Shown: piece by piece, positions 36,004 to 45,016 of the stretch
Layout: each line of letters starts with the position of its first letter
Position numbering within the stretch: the stretch's first letter is position 1
Assembly (NCBI GenBank): GCA_964534175.1
Contig: CAZHNS010000003.1
Span: forward strand, 63,939 to 127,938
DNA: 64,000 nucleotides
Source of the DNA: an uncultured bacterium
Lineage (GTDB): Bacteria > Hydrothermota > UBA3072
Direction: 5' to 3'
Translations under genes and position numbers: made by a program
Notes under the pieces: model-generated
The model's input: only the letters and a program-made list of their open reading frames with translations
Database searches by the model: none
Told to the model about the DNA's origin: nothing

Positions 36004-37152
36004 GTGAAGTATATGTTTTTTAAAGTATTTAACAAATCTACGAGAATCTTATTTTTGGTATTTTTTGTTATTTCTTTACTCCCGTATGAAATTAAAGCGA
36101 ATGATTGTAGTAAAGGTTTCGAGGAATACGCTGCCCTCACAGGGCATAAGCAGGGAGTTATTGAAGCTGTATTCAGTCCGGATGGAAAATACATATCTTT
36201 AAGCAACAAAGATTTTCATGTTAATATCTGGGATGTTTCAACAGGTAAGTCTCTCGCAATGATAAATGGTTTTAACGAATGGCCCGCACAGGTTGCTTAT
36301 AGCCCTGATAACAAACTCTTATTAACCTCGGATTATGAAAAAATAAAAATATGGGAAGTGCCTTCCGGTAAGTCTTATAAAATAATTGAGAAAGTAGAAG
36401 AACCGTTTGCTTTAAGTCCCGATGGGCAGTCTCTTGTGGGCAAGTTTAAACCCTCTGACGGGGCTTATCAGTTAAAACTTTATTCTTTTCCCTCGGGTGA
36501 GTTGAAAAAGAGTATTGATAATGCTCATGAAAAGATAATTAGATGTGTAAGATGGAGTCCCGATGGTTCCCTGTTTGCTTCTTCTGGCGATGATGGTACT
36601 CTTAAATTGTGGAATGGTAAAACCGGTGAATTGATAAAGGCAATATCTGCGGGTAAAAAAGTAGGGTTGTTTGAATTTTGTCCGAAAGGAATTTTTATCG
36701 CCGCGATTGTAGGTGAAGATCCTGGTAGTTTTTTTAAACCTGCGGAGGTTGCCATCTGGGAAGTCTCCAGCGGTAACCTAATTAAAACTTTGGAAGGTTT
36801 TAATAAAGGGCTTGAGGATTTGTCTTTCAGTTCTGACGGAAATTATCTTATCACAGGTGAACGCGGTCCAAAGGCTTCGCTATGGAAAATTTCCTCATGG
36901 GAACTTGCAAAAGCATTTGATGGACATAAATACTGGGTATCTCATGTATCTTTTAGCCCTGATGGTAAATGTTTATTGACCGGGACAGCTGACGAATTCA
37001 TATTATGGGATGTTGCTACTGGAACGAAAGTCGAATCCTCTGTCGCTGCCAAACAGGGTTTGACTTCGGTCGTTTTTAGCCCCGATGGCAAAGTTATAGC
37101 TACGACAAGTACGGATAATACCGTTAAACTCTGGAAGATTAAAGAAGAATAA
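36004..37152 (+). CDS. Secreted WD40 beta-propeller repeat protein
   Basis: Signal peptide; about 7 WD-like repeats (SPDGK...IWDV, SPDGS...LWN, SPDGK...LWK). Confidence 0.7.
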   Translation: MKYMFFKVFNKSTRILFLVFFVISLLPYEIKANDCSKGFEEYAALTGHKQGVIEAVFSPDGKYISLSNKDFHVNIWDVSTGKSLAMINGFNEWPAQVAYSPDNKLLLTSDYEKIKIWEVPSGKSYKIIEKVEEPFALSPDGQSLVGKFKPSDGAYQLKLYSFPSGELKKSIDNAHEKIIRCVRWSPDGSLFASSGDDGTLKLWNGKTGELIKAISAGKKVGLFEFCPKGIFIAAIVGEDPGSFFKPAEVAIWEVSSGNLIKTLEGFNKGLEDLSFSSDGNYLITGERGPKASLWKISSWELAKAFDGHKYWVSHVSFSPDGKCLLTGTADEFILWDVATGTKVESSVAAKQGLTSVVFSPDGKVIATTSTDNTVKLWKIKEE

Positions 37153-37249
37153 ATAAAAAAAAGTAAATGAATTAAGAACAGTTTAAAATTGCAGGGTCTA
37201 ACCTGTTGGTGCAAAAAGATAAACTGCTAAATCAAAAATCTTTAAGGAG

Positions 37250-38488
37250 TTGATTTTTATGTTAACAAGGAAATGTATTTTTTTATTTGTTCTTAGTATA
37301 TCTATGCTTGTATTTCAATCATGTAAATTGTTTTCTGGTCCGGATTATGATATTTTAGCCAGAAGTACATCTTTTGAGGATGTTCAAGCGGCGGTTGATT
37401 CGGCTGAAAGCGGGGATGTTGTGAGAATTCCGGAGGGCAGCAGCACCTGGACTTCTAGACTGGAAATACCTGACGATAAAAGGATAACTTTATATGGCAG
37501 TGGACAGGGTACAACCGTTATTTCATCCGACACATTAGCGCCCAGCAGTTTAATCAATATGGGCAGTTCCGGCTCACGTGTTACCAATATGGGATTTATG
37601 CTTGCTAACGATAACGGAAATGGTATTACGGTTAGAGGAGAAGGTTGGAGGGTAGATCACTGCAGGTTTGACAATATGATTGAACACATTATTGAAGGCG
37701 TCAGCGCACGTGGATATCGCTCTGAAGGAGGATGTCCGGTCGGAGTGGTCGATCATTGTGAATTTAATAATACCAGGGCATTGGTTGTAGGTGATGCAAG
37801 CCTTATGGCCAATAGTATATGGGCTGAGCCTCTCGGACTCGGAACTAATAACGCCGTCTTTATTGAAGATTGTGTATTCGATTATACTCAATTTAGCAAC
37901 GCGATTGATGCTAATTACGGCGGAAGATATGTGTTTCGTTATAATATTATAAATGATGCCTATATTGAAGCTCATTCTCTTCAAGGAACACACAGAGCTA
38001 CCAGAAGCTGGGAGATTTACGGAAATACAATTAACCAGGTGGAAAGAGCTATGTGGGCACCTTTTTTCTTACGTGGGGGGACCGGCGTTGTTTTTAACAA
38101 CACTATAACCGGAGACTGGTCCTCGGGACCGGCAATAGTTGTCGATAACCGAAGAACTTTTGAGGCTTTAGGTGAAGGTGGGTTGTGTGATGGTACCTCA
38201 CCCTGGGATGGCAATGAAGATTCGACAGGATATCCTGCCCGTGACCAGATTGGACGGTCTACAGACGAGTGGCTATGGACAGATGAAAACCCCTACCCGC
38301 CACAGGAACATGATCCTTTTTACCAGTGGAATAATACACATGAAGGAAACAATATTAATGTCTATGTGCATAATGATTGCGGTGTTCATATAAAGGAAAA
38401 CAGAGATTATTATAACAATGTAGAAAAACCAGATTATACCCCTTACACTTACCCTCATCCGTTAATAGAGGAATGGGGCGGTAATTAG
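37250..38488 (+). CDS. Secreted right-handed parallel beta-helix (pectate-lyase-fold) protein
   Basis: Signal peptide; repeated NGITVRGEGWRVDHCRF / VVDHCEFNNT / VFIEDCVFDYT coils typical of PbH1 repeats. Confidence 0.5.
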   Translation: MIFMLTRKCIFLFVLSISMLVFQSCKLFSGPDYDILARSTSFEDVQAAVDSAESGDVVRIPEGSSTWTSRLEIPDDKRITLYGSGQGTTVISSDTLAPSSLINMGSSGSRVTNMGFMLANDNGNGITVRGEGWRVDHCRFDNMIEHIIEGVSARGYRSEGGCPVGVVDHCEFNNTRALVVGDASLMANSIWAEPLGLGTNNAVFIEDCVFDYTQFSNAIDANYGGRYVFRYNIINDAYIEAHSLQGTHRATRSWEIYGNTINQVERAMWAPFFLRGGTGVVFNNTITGDWSSGPAIVVDNRRTFEALGEGGLCDGTSPWDGNEDSTGYPARDQIGRSTDEWLWTDENPYPPQEHDPFYQWNNTHEGNNINVYVHNDCGVHIKENRDYYNNVEKPDYTPYTYPHPLIEEWGGN

Positions 38489-38589
38489 CGGTGATCTTGT
38501 GTTAATCTTTGTAGTCTCGAGGTTTTAGTTTAAGGTTGGGCTTGACAATGAGTTTTTAAAGGGTATATTTTTATGAAATTGGAGGCTAA

Positions 38590-38832
38590 ATGCCCACTTA
38601 TGAGTATGAATGTCTAAAATGTAAATATAAATTTGAAAAATTTCAAAATATGACAGAAGAGCCCTTAAAGGTCTGTCCACAATGTGGTGGTAAATTGCAT
38701 AGATTGATTGGTACAGGCGCGGGTATCATTTTTAAAGGTGAGGGTTTTTATCATACGGATTATAAAAAACAGGGCAGCAGTGATGCGGTTAAGAAGGGTA
38801 AAAGAGAAAGTAAAAGTGAGAGTAAAGACTAA
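38590..38832 (+). CDS. FmdB-family zinc-ribbon protein
   Basis: MPTYEYECLKCKYKFE...CPQCGG signature. Confidence 0.7.
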   Translation: MPTYEYECLKCKYKFEKFQNMTEEPLKVCPQCGGKLHRLIGTGAGIIFKGEGFYHTDYKKQGSSDAVKKGKRESKSESKD

Positions 38833-38859
38833 AAGTAAGCAATCCCTAATACTTTTTTA

Positions 38860-39654
38860 ATGCTGTTTTTTCTTTTTTCTTTTTTTCTTCTTTTATTATA
38901 TTTAGCGTTTAAGTGTTATGAACATTTTAAGGTCTATCGTCCGAGAGACAATTTAGTTGCTTTTCCTGACAGCTACAATATAGAATTTGAAGACGTAAAT
39001 TTTTCATCTCGCGATAAAGTTTTGCTCAACGGCTGGTTCATTAAAGGAACTTCCGGGAGAGTTATTCTTTTCTTTCACGGCAATTTTGGTAACATTTCGC
39101 AAAGATTGGATATTATCAATGAGTTGTATTCTCTTGGATATAATGTTTTTATCTTTGATTATAGAGGTTTTGGCAGGAGCAATGGTGTCCCTTCTGAGAA
39201 AGGTTTATACAATGATGCCTTAGGAGCTTATGATTACCTTAAGGAAAGAGGATATAAAAATGAAGATATTATTCTTTTTGGTAGATCTCTGGGCGGTGTT
39301 GTTGCAATATTCCTCGCAAGTGCGGTTAAGGATTTTAGAGGTTTAATAGTCGACAGTTCTTTCTCTTCTGCACAAGATTTAAGTTATGATTTCTTCGGTT
39401 TTAAATTTCCGAGGTTTATAATATCAAACAGGCTTGAGTCCATAAAAAGAATAAAAGATATAAAAATTCCGAAATTAATTGTACACAGTGAAGATGATAA
39501 TTTAATACCTTTTCATCATGGAAAGAGGTTATTTGAGATAGCAAGCGAACCTAAGAAATTTCTAAAGATTAAAGGTTTTCATAATTCTTGTATCCAGGAT
39601 TCTAAAGATATATACATGGCTGGAATTAAGAATTTTTTGGAGAGTTTAGAATGA
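38860..39654 (+). CDS. Alpha/beta hydrolase (BAAT/dienelactone-hydrolase-like)
   Basis: HGNFGN oxyanion region, GRSLGG nucleophile elbow, downstream Asp/His. Confidence 0.7.
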   Translation: MLFFLFSFFLLLLYLAFKCYEHFKVYRPRDNLVAFPDSYNIEFEDVNFSSRDKVLLNGWFIKGTSGRVILFFHGNFGNISQRLDIINELYSLGYNVFIFDYRGFGRSNGVPSEKGLYNDALGAYDYLKERGYKNEDIILFGRSLGGVVAIFLASAVKDFRGLIVDSSFSSAQDLSYDFFGFKFPRFIISNRLESIKRIKDIKIPKLIVHSEDDNLIPFHHGKRLFEIASEPKKFLKIKGFHNSCIQDSKDIYMAGIKNFLESLE

Positions 39655-39929
39655 TGTTTAACCACGAAATACAGTAAACCCCATTCGCTCTTTTTAATTT
39701 GCGTTAAAAAAAACACACGAGAAAACATAATTGATGATTTTAACTCCGTACTCATCATAATTCAGGCATTTATCTTTGCTTTTTTCAAAAACTTATTGAA
39801 TCTGTTATATCCTTCTTTATGCCTGAGGGTTGACATAAATTAAATCCTTAAGTATTTTTAATAATAAAAAGTTAATGCCATTAGATGTTTTTGGTAAAGA
39901 CAAAACTATCACAAAAAAGGAGGTTTTGT

Positions 39930-41240
39930 ATGATTGCTAAATATAAGTTCATGGTACTCTGTTCGGCAATTCTTGTAACTGTGTTGCTTTTTACTTCCTG
40001 CGGCGGTGACATTAGTGGACTTGATCTTATTGAACCAACTGGCGGAGAGGAAGTTTCGTTGCCTGTGTCACTATTCTGGACAAAAGTTGAAGATGCCTCT
40101 GGTTATGCAGTAGAAGTTGATACCGCTACTAATTTTGAATTCCCTGTGGTTTCCGTTGAGGTTTCTGATACCACTTATACTCTGACGGACCTAAATACGC
40201 TTAAATATTACTGGCAGGTCTTTGCGCTTGATGGAAATGGCAGGATGAATGATTTCTCGGCTCTGGACTCCTTTGTGGTCTCAGGCGCTGCGTATCCAAG
40301 GAATCTATTAACAAGTATTCAGGTTTTAGAAGATCCTCAGTCGCTTGACATTACTCCGAATGGTGCAGAGATCTGGGTCAACCACTGGGGGCAGTACGAT
40401 ACCCTTGTTTATGTTATATCGACAGTGAGCAATCAGGTGACCCATACGATTCCGGTTACCAATGTCGGTGATAATGAGTTGAGAATTACCAGTGATGGTA
40501 ATTTTGCCTACTACTGCGGTGTCTGGAATATGGATAGTGCCGGTATCCTCGAAATTTCTACGTCTGGTTATAACCAGACGAGGGTACTCGGATATCTTGA
40601 AGGTGAAGATCCGCCGGTTAAGGTTGGCCCGGAAGGCTACGGGGTGGCATTGACCCAAGTGAACGACATCATCTATGCAGCGCATATGGCGACGGCCGGG
40701 GACGGCTGTATCACGAAGTTCGATGTCTCGAGCGGGGCATTGATCGACAGCGTTCTTCTGCCCTGGATCATGGATGTCGACCTGAACCACGCCGAGACAA
40801 AACTCTATGCGGTCAACCAGAGCGATGACATCTTCTATGAACTCGATCCAACGACGATGACTGTCAACCGACAACTTTCGGTCGGTAACGGACCCGAGCT
40901 TATTCTGATCACTTCTGATGATGAATATGCTTTTATTTCGCATCTTAATGATGATGTTTATGTTGTTGATCTCTCAAGTCTTACGAAAGTTACTCAATTT
41001 GATCCGGATATTGGGGAATTTGGTATGGCTTTTACCCCGGATGAGAAATATCTTTTCTTGTGCGATTACGGTTCTGATTATATCAGCGTTTACGATGTTG
41101 ACGACCCAACGAATCCGGTTATGATTGAGAAACTCGAGTTTACGGATGCTGGTTCGTTCACTGAACTTGTTTTTAATGCCGATGGTTCCCGAGCCTATGT
41201 AGTCGAGTCTCACGGCTATATATATGTTTTAGAGAAGTAA
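39930..41240 (+). CDS. Lipoprotein with beta-propeller (YVTN/lactonase-like) repeats; contains ~320-bp high-GC mosaic segment
   Basis: Lipobox LFTSCGG; start at ATG 39930 (RBS AAGGAGG) rather than ORF-track 39885; segment ~40590-40910 is ~55% GC with GC3-rich codons. Confidence 0.5.
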   Translation: MIAKYKFMVLCSAILVTVLLFTSCGGDISGLDLIEPTGGEEVSLPVSLFWTKVEDASGYAVEVDTATNFEFPVVSVEVSDTTYTLTDLNTLKYYWQVFALDGNGRMNDFSALDSFVVSGAAYPRNLLTSIQVLEDPQSLDITPNGAEIWVNHWGQYDTLVYVISTVSNQVTHTIPVTNVGDNELRITSDGNFAYYCGVWNMDSAGILEISTSGYNQTRVLGYLEGEDPPVKVGPEGYGVALTQVNDIIYAAHMATAGDGCITKFDVSSGALIDSVLLPWIMDVDLNHAETKLYAVNQSDDIFYELDPTTMTVNRQLSVGNGPELILITSDDEYAFISHLNDDVYVVDLSSLTKVTQFDPDIGEFGMAFTPDEKYLFLCDYGSDYISVYDVDDPTNPVMIEKLEFTDAGSFTELVFNADGSRAYVVESHGYIYVLEK

Positions 41241-41248
41241 TCTGCTCC

Positions 41249-41299
41249 GAAGATATTTATATAGCTGGAATTAAGGATTTTCTGGATAGCCTGGAATAG
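41249..41299 (+). pseudogene. Remnant duplicate of the 3' end of the alpha/beta hydrolase gene (EDIYIAGIKDFLDSLE*)
   Basis: About 80% nucleotide identity to 39603-39654 (KDIYMAGIKNFLESLE*) including stop; no upstream ORF. Confidence 0.5.
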
Positions 41300-41365
41300 T
41301 GAGACGGAAAAGGATTGATACGGATATTCAAAGAGAGAAAGGAGCATAAAGAGAAGTCAGAGCCG

Positions 41366-41510
41366 TCGAAAATTAAAAATCAAATATCAAAGTGCAAAAT
41401 TACAAATCAAAGTTCAAAAATGAAATAAAAACGAAAAACTTTAAAGGACATGATGTAATTTTGCATTTTTATTTGGCGTTTTACTTTTTAAATTTTAATA
41501 TTTAAATTTC
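41366..41510. repeat. AT-rich imperfect palindromic dispersed element, copy 1 (family B), ~110 nt upstream of lolC/E
   Basis: aaattaaaaatcaaa...acaaatcaaagttcaaaaatgaa / ...attttgcatttttat...ttttaaattttaatattt; arms are mutual reverse complements; shared with 50942-51090 and 56306-56485. Confidence 0.65.
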
Positions 41511-41621
41511 ATAAAAAATTTGGGAGTTCTTACAGCATATTTTGGTGTATTTGTTTGAAATTCAATGCTATGATACACATTACCCCCTTGCCCAAAGATA
41601 TAAAAAGGATATACTGATTAT

Positions 41622-42848
41622 ATGAAAAAGCTGTTTAATATCGAATATTTTCTTGCTAAAAGATATATACGAATTAAAAAAGGAGAGGGTTTCAGGTCTT
41701 TAATAACACTTTTTGCAGCCGGAGGCATATCTTTGGGAGTTGCTACGCTTTTAGTTGTTATGTCTGTAATGAATGGTATGCAGACTGACCTTAAAAACAA
41801 AGTTCTTGGAGCAAGCGCCCCTCTTACAGTTTTGACAATAGATCAAAAATTTATAAAAGATTGGGAAGGTATAGTGGATACTTTGAAAGAAAGAGTGCCA
41901 GAGATTAGGGATGCGACACCTTATATTTTTGAAAAAGCACTTTTGAAACATGAGGATAGAACTGACGGAGCTATAATAAGAGGAGTTGACCCTGCTTCCT
42001 TTTCTCTGGTTTCGGATATTCCCGATAATATTGAAAAAGGAGAGTTTGATCTTTCCGGTAGAAAAGTCGTTCTCGGAAATTATCTGGCGAGAAGATTGTG
42101 GGCTCATGTAGGAGATACGATAACCATTTCATCTCCTTTTTCTTCTGCTCCTACTCCATTTGGTTTTCTTCTGCCTGCGGAAGATTTTGTTCTCTCCGGG
42201 GTTTTTGACATGGGGATGTACGAATACAACGCGACTATTGCAATAATATCGATTGAGAATGCAAAAAGTCTTTTTGGGATCGACGGAGTTACCGGTATAG
42301 ATTTTACAGTGAGTGATCCCTACCGGGCTCCTGATCTTGCAATTGATATCGTAGCCCAGCTTGGATATCCTTATCGGGTAATGAATTGGATGGAAAGGAA
42401 TAGAATCCTTCTTAGAGCTCTTGAAATCGAAAAAAAGGTAATGTTTATAATACTTACTTTAATAATAATTGTTGCCGCTTTCAATATTATTTCTTCTCTG
42501 GTTCTAATTGTGCTGGCAAAGATGAGAGAAATAGGAATCCTTAAAGCTCTGGGTGCTTCTGCTTCTTCTGTTACAAGAATATTTCTGATAGATGGTTTGA
42601 TTGTGGGTGGGGGAGGTGCCTTTTTTGGGGTTTTGATTGCCTGGATATTATGTTTTCTTCTCGGTAAGTATAAGTTCATTGATTTACCTTCTGATGTTTA
42701 TTTCCTTACAAAACTACCGGTGGAAATGCAGTTACCTGATTTTCTTTTAGTTATATTTTCAGCTATAGCTTTATCTCTCCTGGCTGCTTTGTATCCGGCA
42801 AGAAAAGCTGCCGGACTTGATCCTGTAGAGGCGATAAGAAATGAGTAA
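41622..42848 (+). CDS. lolE: Lipoprotein-releasing system permease LolC/LolE (FtsX-like)
   Basis: N-terminal TM, large periplasmic MacB-like domain, C-terminal 3 TM FtsX module; adjacent lolD. Confidence 0.8.
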   Translation: MKKLFNIEYFLAKRYIRIKKGEGFRSLITLFAAGGISLGVATLLVVMSVMNGMQTDLKNKVLGASAPLTVLTIDQKFIKDWEGIVDTLKERVPEIRDATPYIFEKALLKHEDRTDGAIIRGVDPASFSLVSDIPDNIEKGEFDLSGRKVVLGNYLARRLWAHVGDTITISSPFSSAPTPFGFLLPAEDFVLSGVFDMGMYEYNATIAIISIENAKSLFGIDGVTGIDFTVSDPYRAPDLAIDIVAQLGYPYRVMNWMERNRILLRALEIEKKVMFIILTLIIIVAAFNIISSLVLIVLAKMREIGILKALGASASSVTRIFLIDGLIVGGGGAFFGVLIAWILCFLLGKYKFIDLPSDVYFLTKLPVEMQLPDFLLVIFSAIALSLLAALYPARKAAGLDPVEAIRNE

Positions 42849-43515
42849 TATTATAACGGCACTAAAGGATGTTAAAAAAGGTTTTTTGTCCGGAAAAGAG
42901 GAAATAAACGTTCTGCAGGGTATAAATTTGGAAGTCGAGGAAGGCGATTTCATTACAATAAGCGGTCCATCTGGTTCAGGAAAGAGTACACTTCTCCACA
43001 TATTAGGCGGTCTTCTGCATCCTGACCAAGGAGATGTTATTCTTCAGAATAAATCTCTTTATGCGCATTCGGATCAGGAACTTGCGAAGATAAGGAATGA
43101 AAAAATAGGATTTATATTTCAGTTCCATCATCTCCTTCTTGATTTTACTGTGATAGAAAACTTGGTGATACCTCTTTTGATAAAAGGCACCACTTTTGGA
43201 AAAGCTTCTAAAAAGGCGGAGGAATTATTAGGCCTTGTGGATCTTAGACACAGGGTACATGCCAAGCCCAGAACTCTTTCAGGAGGAGAAAGACAGAGAG
43301 TCGCAGTCCTTCGAGCTATTATAAATGATCCCTTATTGCTGCTTGCAGATGAACCCACGGGCGATTTGGATCGGGCACACTCAAATGTGGTTTTAGAGAT
43401 GTTGCGCCAAATTCATCGCGATAAAGGTATGACAGTGATTCTCGTAAGTCATAATCAGAGGGTTGCAAAAATGGGCGAAAAAACATATAATTTAATAGAA
43501 GGAAAATTAAAATGA
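42841..43515 (+). CDS. lolD: Lipoprotein-releasing system ATP-binding protein LolD
   Basis: Walker A GPSGSGKST, signature LSGGERQRVAV, Walker B LLLADEPTGDLD. Confidence 0.85.
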   Translation: MSNIITALKDVKKGFLSGKEEINVLQGINLEVEEGDFITISGPSGSGKSTLLHILGGLLHPDQGDVILQNKSLYAHSDQELAKIRNEKIGFIFQFHHLLLDFTVIENLVIPLLIKGTTFGKASKKAEELLGLVDLRHRVHAKPRTLSGGERQRVAVLRAIINDPLLLLADEPTGDLDRAHSNVVLEMLRQIHRDKGMTVILVSHNQRVAKMGEKTYNLIEGKLK

Positions 43516-43979
43516 AATGTGAATTATGCGGAGCAAATAACGCAAAATACAAATATTATGAAGTAGATTCTGATACAGTTCGAGAAATAAATATATGCGA
43601 ACAGTGCGCCAGAGAAAAAGGCGTAGATATTAAGAGTAAAGAGGAATCCGTTGTGGTTGAAAGCAAGACGTGCCCTGGTTGTGGTCTTACTTTTGGGGAA
43701 TATAAAGATTCGGGAAGCCTGGGGTGTGCTGAGTGTTATAAGAATTTTCAAGATCAAATCAAGGTATTTCTCAAAGAATCACAGTTGGGAATATTGCATA
43801 AAGGGAAAGAACCTGTTAGAAATAGTAAGGTTATTTTTGTGAAGAAGGAAATTATGGAGATGAAAAAGAAGCTGGATGATTATGTGGAAGATGAAAAGTT
43901 TGAGGAAGCTGTAAAGTTAAGGGATAAAATTGAAGCAAGAAAAGAAGAACTTAAAACTATCAGGGAAAAAAATGATTGA
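43512..43979 (+). CDS. mcsA: McsA-like protein-arginine kinase activator (zinc fingers + UVR motif)
   Basis: CELCG...CEQC and CPGCG...CAECY zinc fingers, C-terminal UVR-like EEAVKLRDKIEARKEEL; precedes mcsB-clpC. Confidence 0.7.
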   Translation: MKCELCGANNAKYKYYEVDSDTVREINICEQCAREKGVDIKSKEESVVVESKTCPGCGLTFGEYKDSGSLGCAECYKNFQDQIKVFLKESQLGILHKGKEPVRNSKVIFVKKEIMEMKKKLDDYVEDEKFEEAVKLRDKIEARKEELKTIREKND

Positions 43980-45012
43980 TTCTCTCATAGATCATTTTCC
44001 GGTTTGGTTAGAAAACATAGGACCTTATTCGGAGATTATTTTATTTTCTAAGGTTTCTCTTTATCGTAACTTAGGAGGATATAAGTTCAATAAGAGAAAT
44101 TCGGATAAGGAAAGAGAAGAAATTTTGGATTTGCTTATTGAGGGTATGGACGCGCTTTCTTCTTTTGAGAAAGTCATTCCCTTGAAGGGCCTTAAAGATA
44201 ATGAAAGAGAACTTTTTGCCGAAAGGGATTTTCTCTCGAGAGATGACTTGAGGGATTCCCGCTTTCTCGGGTTAGGTCTAAACGACCTGCAAAACAATGT
44301 TATTGTTTTAAACTCGAAGGAACACATTAAAATATCTTGTGTGTCAGGCGAATTGTCCCTCAAAGAGACTTATTCTAAGTGTGATAGTCTTGATGATGAG
44401 CTAAATGATGAATTTGGATTTGCGTATGATAAAAGAATAGGTTTTCTTACTTCTTCGACCGATAAGGTCGGAACAGGAATGGTTGTTTCAGCAGTTGTTC
44501 ATCTGCCGGCTCTTGTTATTACCGGTAAATTCATAGACGTCATCGATGATCTTGAAGATTCTCTTTTTTCTATAGGAGGAGTTTTTAACGTAGGTGAAAC
44601 TGTCGAAGGAAGTTATTTTAAATTAAGCAATAAATTTACATTGGGTGTTTCTGAAGAAGAAATATTGAAAATGTTCGAAAACAAGATTAAGAGTATAATT
44701 GAAAAGGAAGTGGATAGTAGAGAATATTTAACTCAAAAAGTGGGTTATGAGACTGAAGATAAGATATGGAGATCTTATGGTATCTTAAAGAATGCCAGAC
44801 TTCTATCCGTAACAGACTTCCTTAATTTAACTGCTGCCGTAAGACTTGGTGTAAGTTTGGGAATTGTAAAGGATATTAGTATTAAGGATTTGAACATATG
44901 GCTTTTCCAAGGGCTTCCGGGTCATTTAAGCGTCCTAAATGAAGAGGTCAAGAATAAAAAAGAAGAAAATATTCTGAGAGCGAGATTAATAAGGAACAAT
45001 TTAGGAGGATAA
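43972..45012 (+). CDS. mcsB: McsB-like ATP:guanido phosphotransferase (protein arginine kinase) with non-canonical signature
   Basis: Phosphagen-kinase-like fold (RNLGGYKF..., DKVGTGMVVSAVVHLPALV); start at ATG 43972 overlapping mcsA stop by 8 nt. Confidence 0.65.
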   Translation: MIDSLIDHFPVWLENIGPYSEIILFSKVSLYRNLGGYKFNKRNSDKEREEILDLLIEGMDALSSFEKVIPLKGLKDNERELFAERDFLSRDDLRDSRFLGLGLNDLQNNVIVLNSKEHIKISCVSGELSLKETYSKCDSLDDELNDEFGFAYDKRIGFLTSSTDKVGTGMVVSAVVHLPALVITGKFIDVIDDLEDSLFSIGGVFNVGETVEGSYFKLSNKFTLGVSEEEILKMFENKIKSIIEKEVDSREYLTQKVGYETEDKIWRSYGILKNARLLSVTDFLNLTAAVRLGVSLGIVKDISIKDLNIWLFQGLPGHLSVLNEEVKNKKEENILRARLIRNNLGG

Positions 45013-45016
45013 AAAT

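Noticed and set aside
40326-40943. 205-aa minus-strand ORF antisense to the lipoprotein gene
   Set aside because: Exists only because the high-GC patch removes stop codons on the opposite strand; no start context; overlaps a better-supported sense gene.
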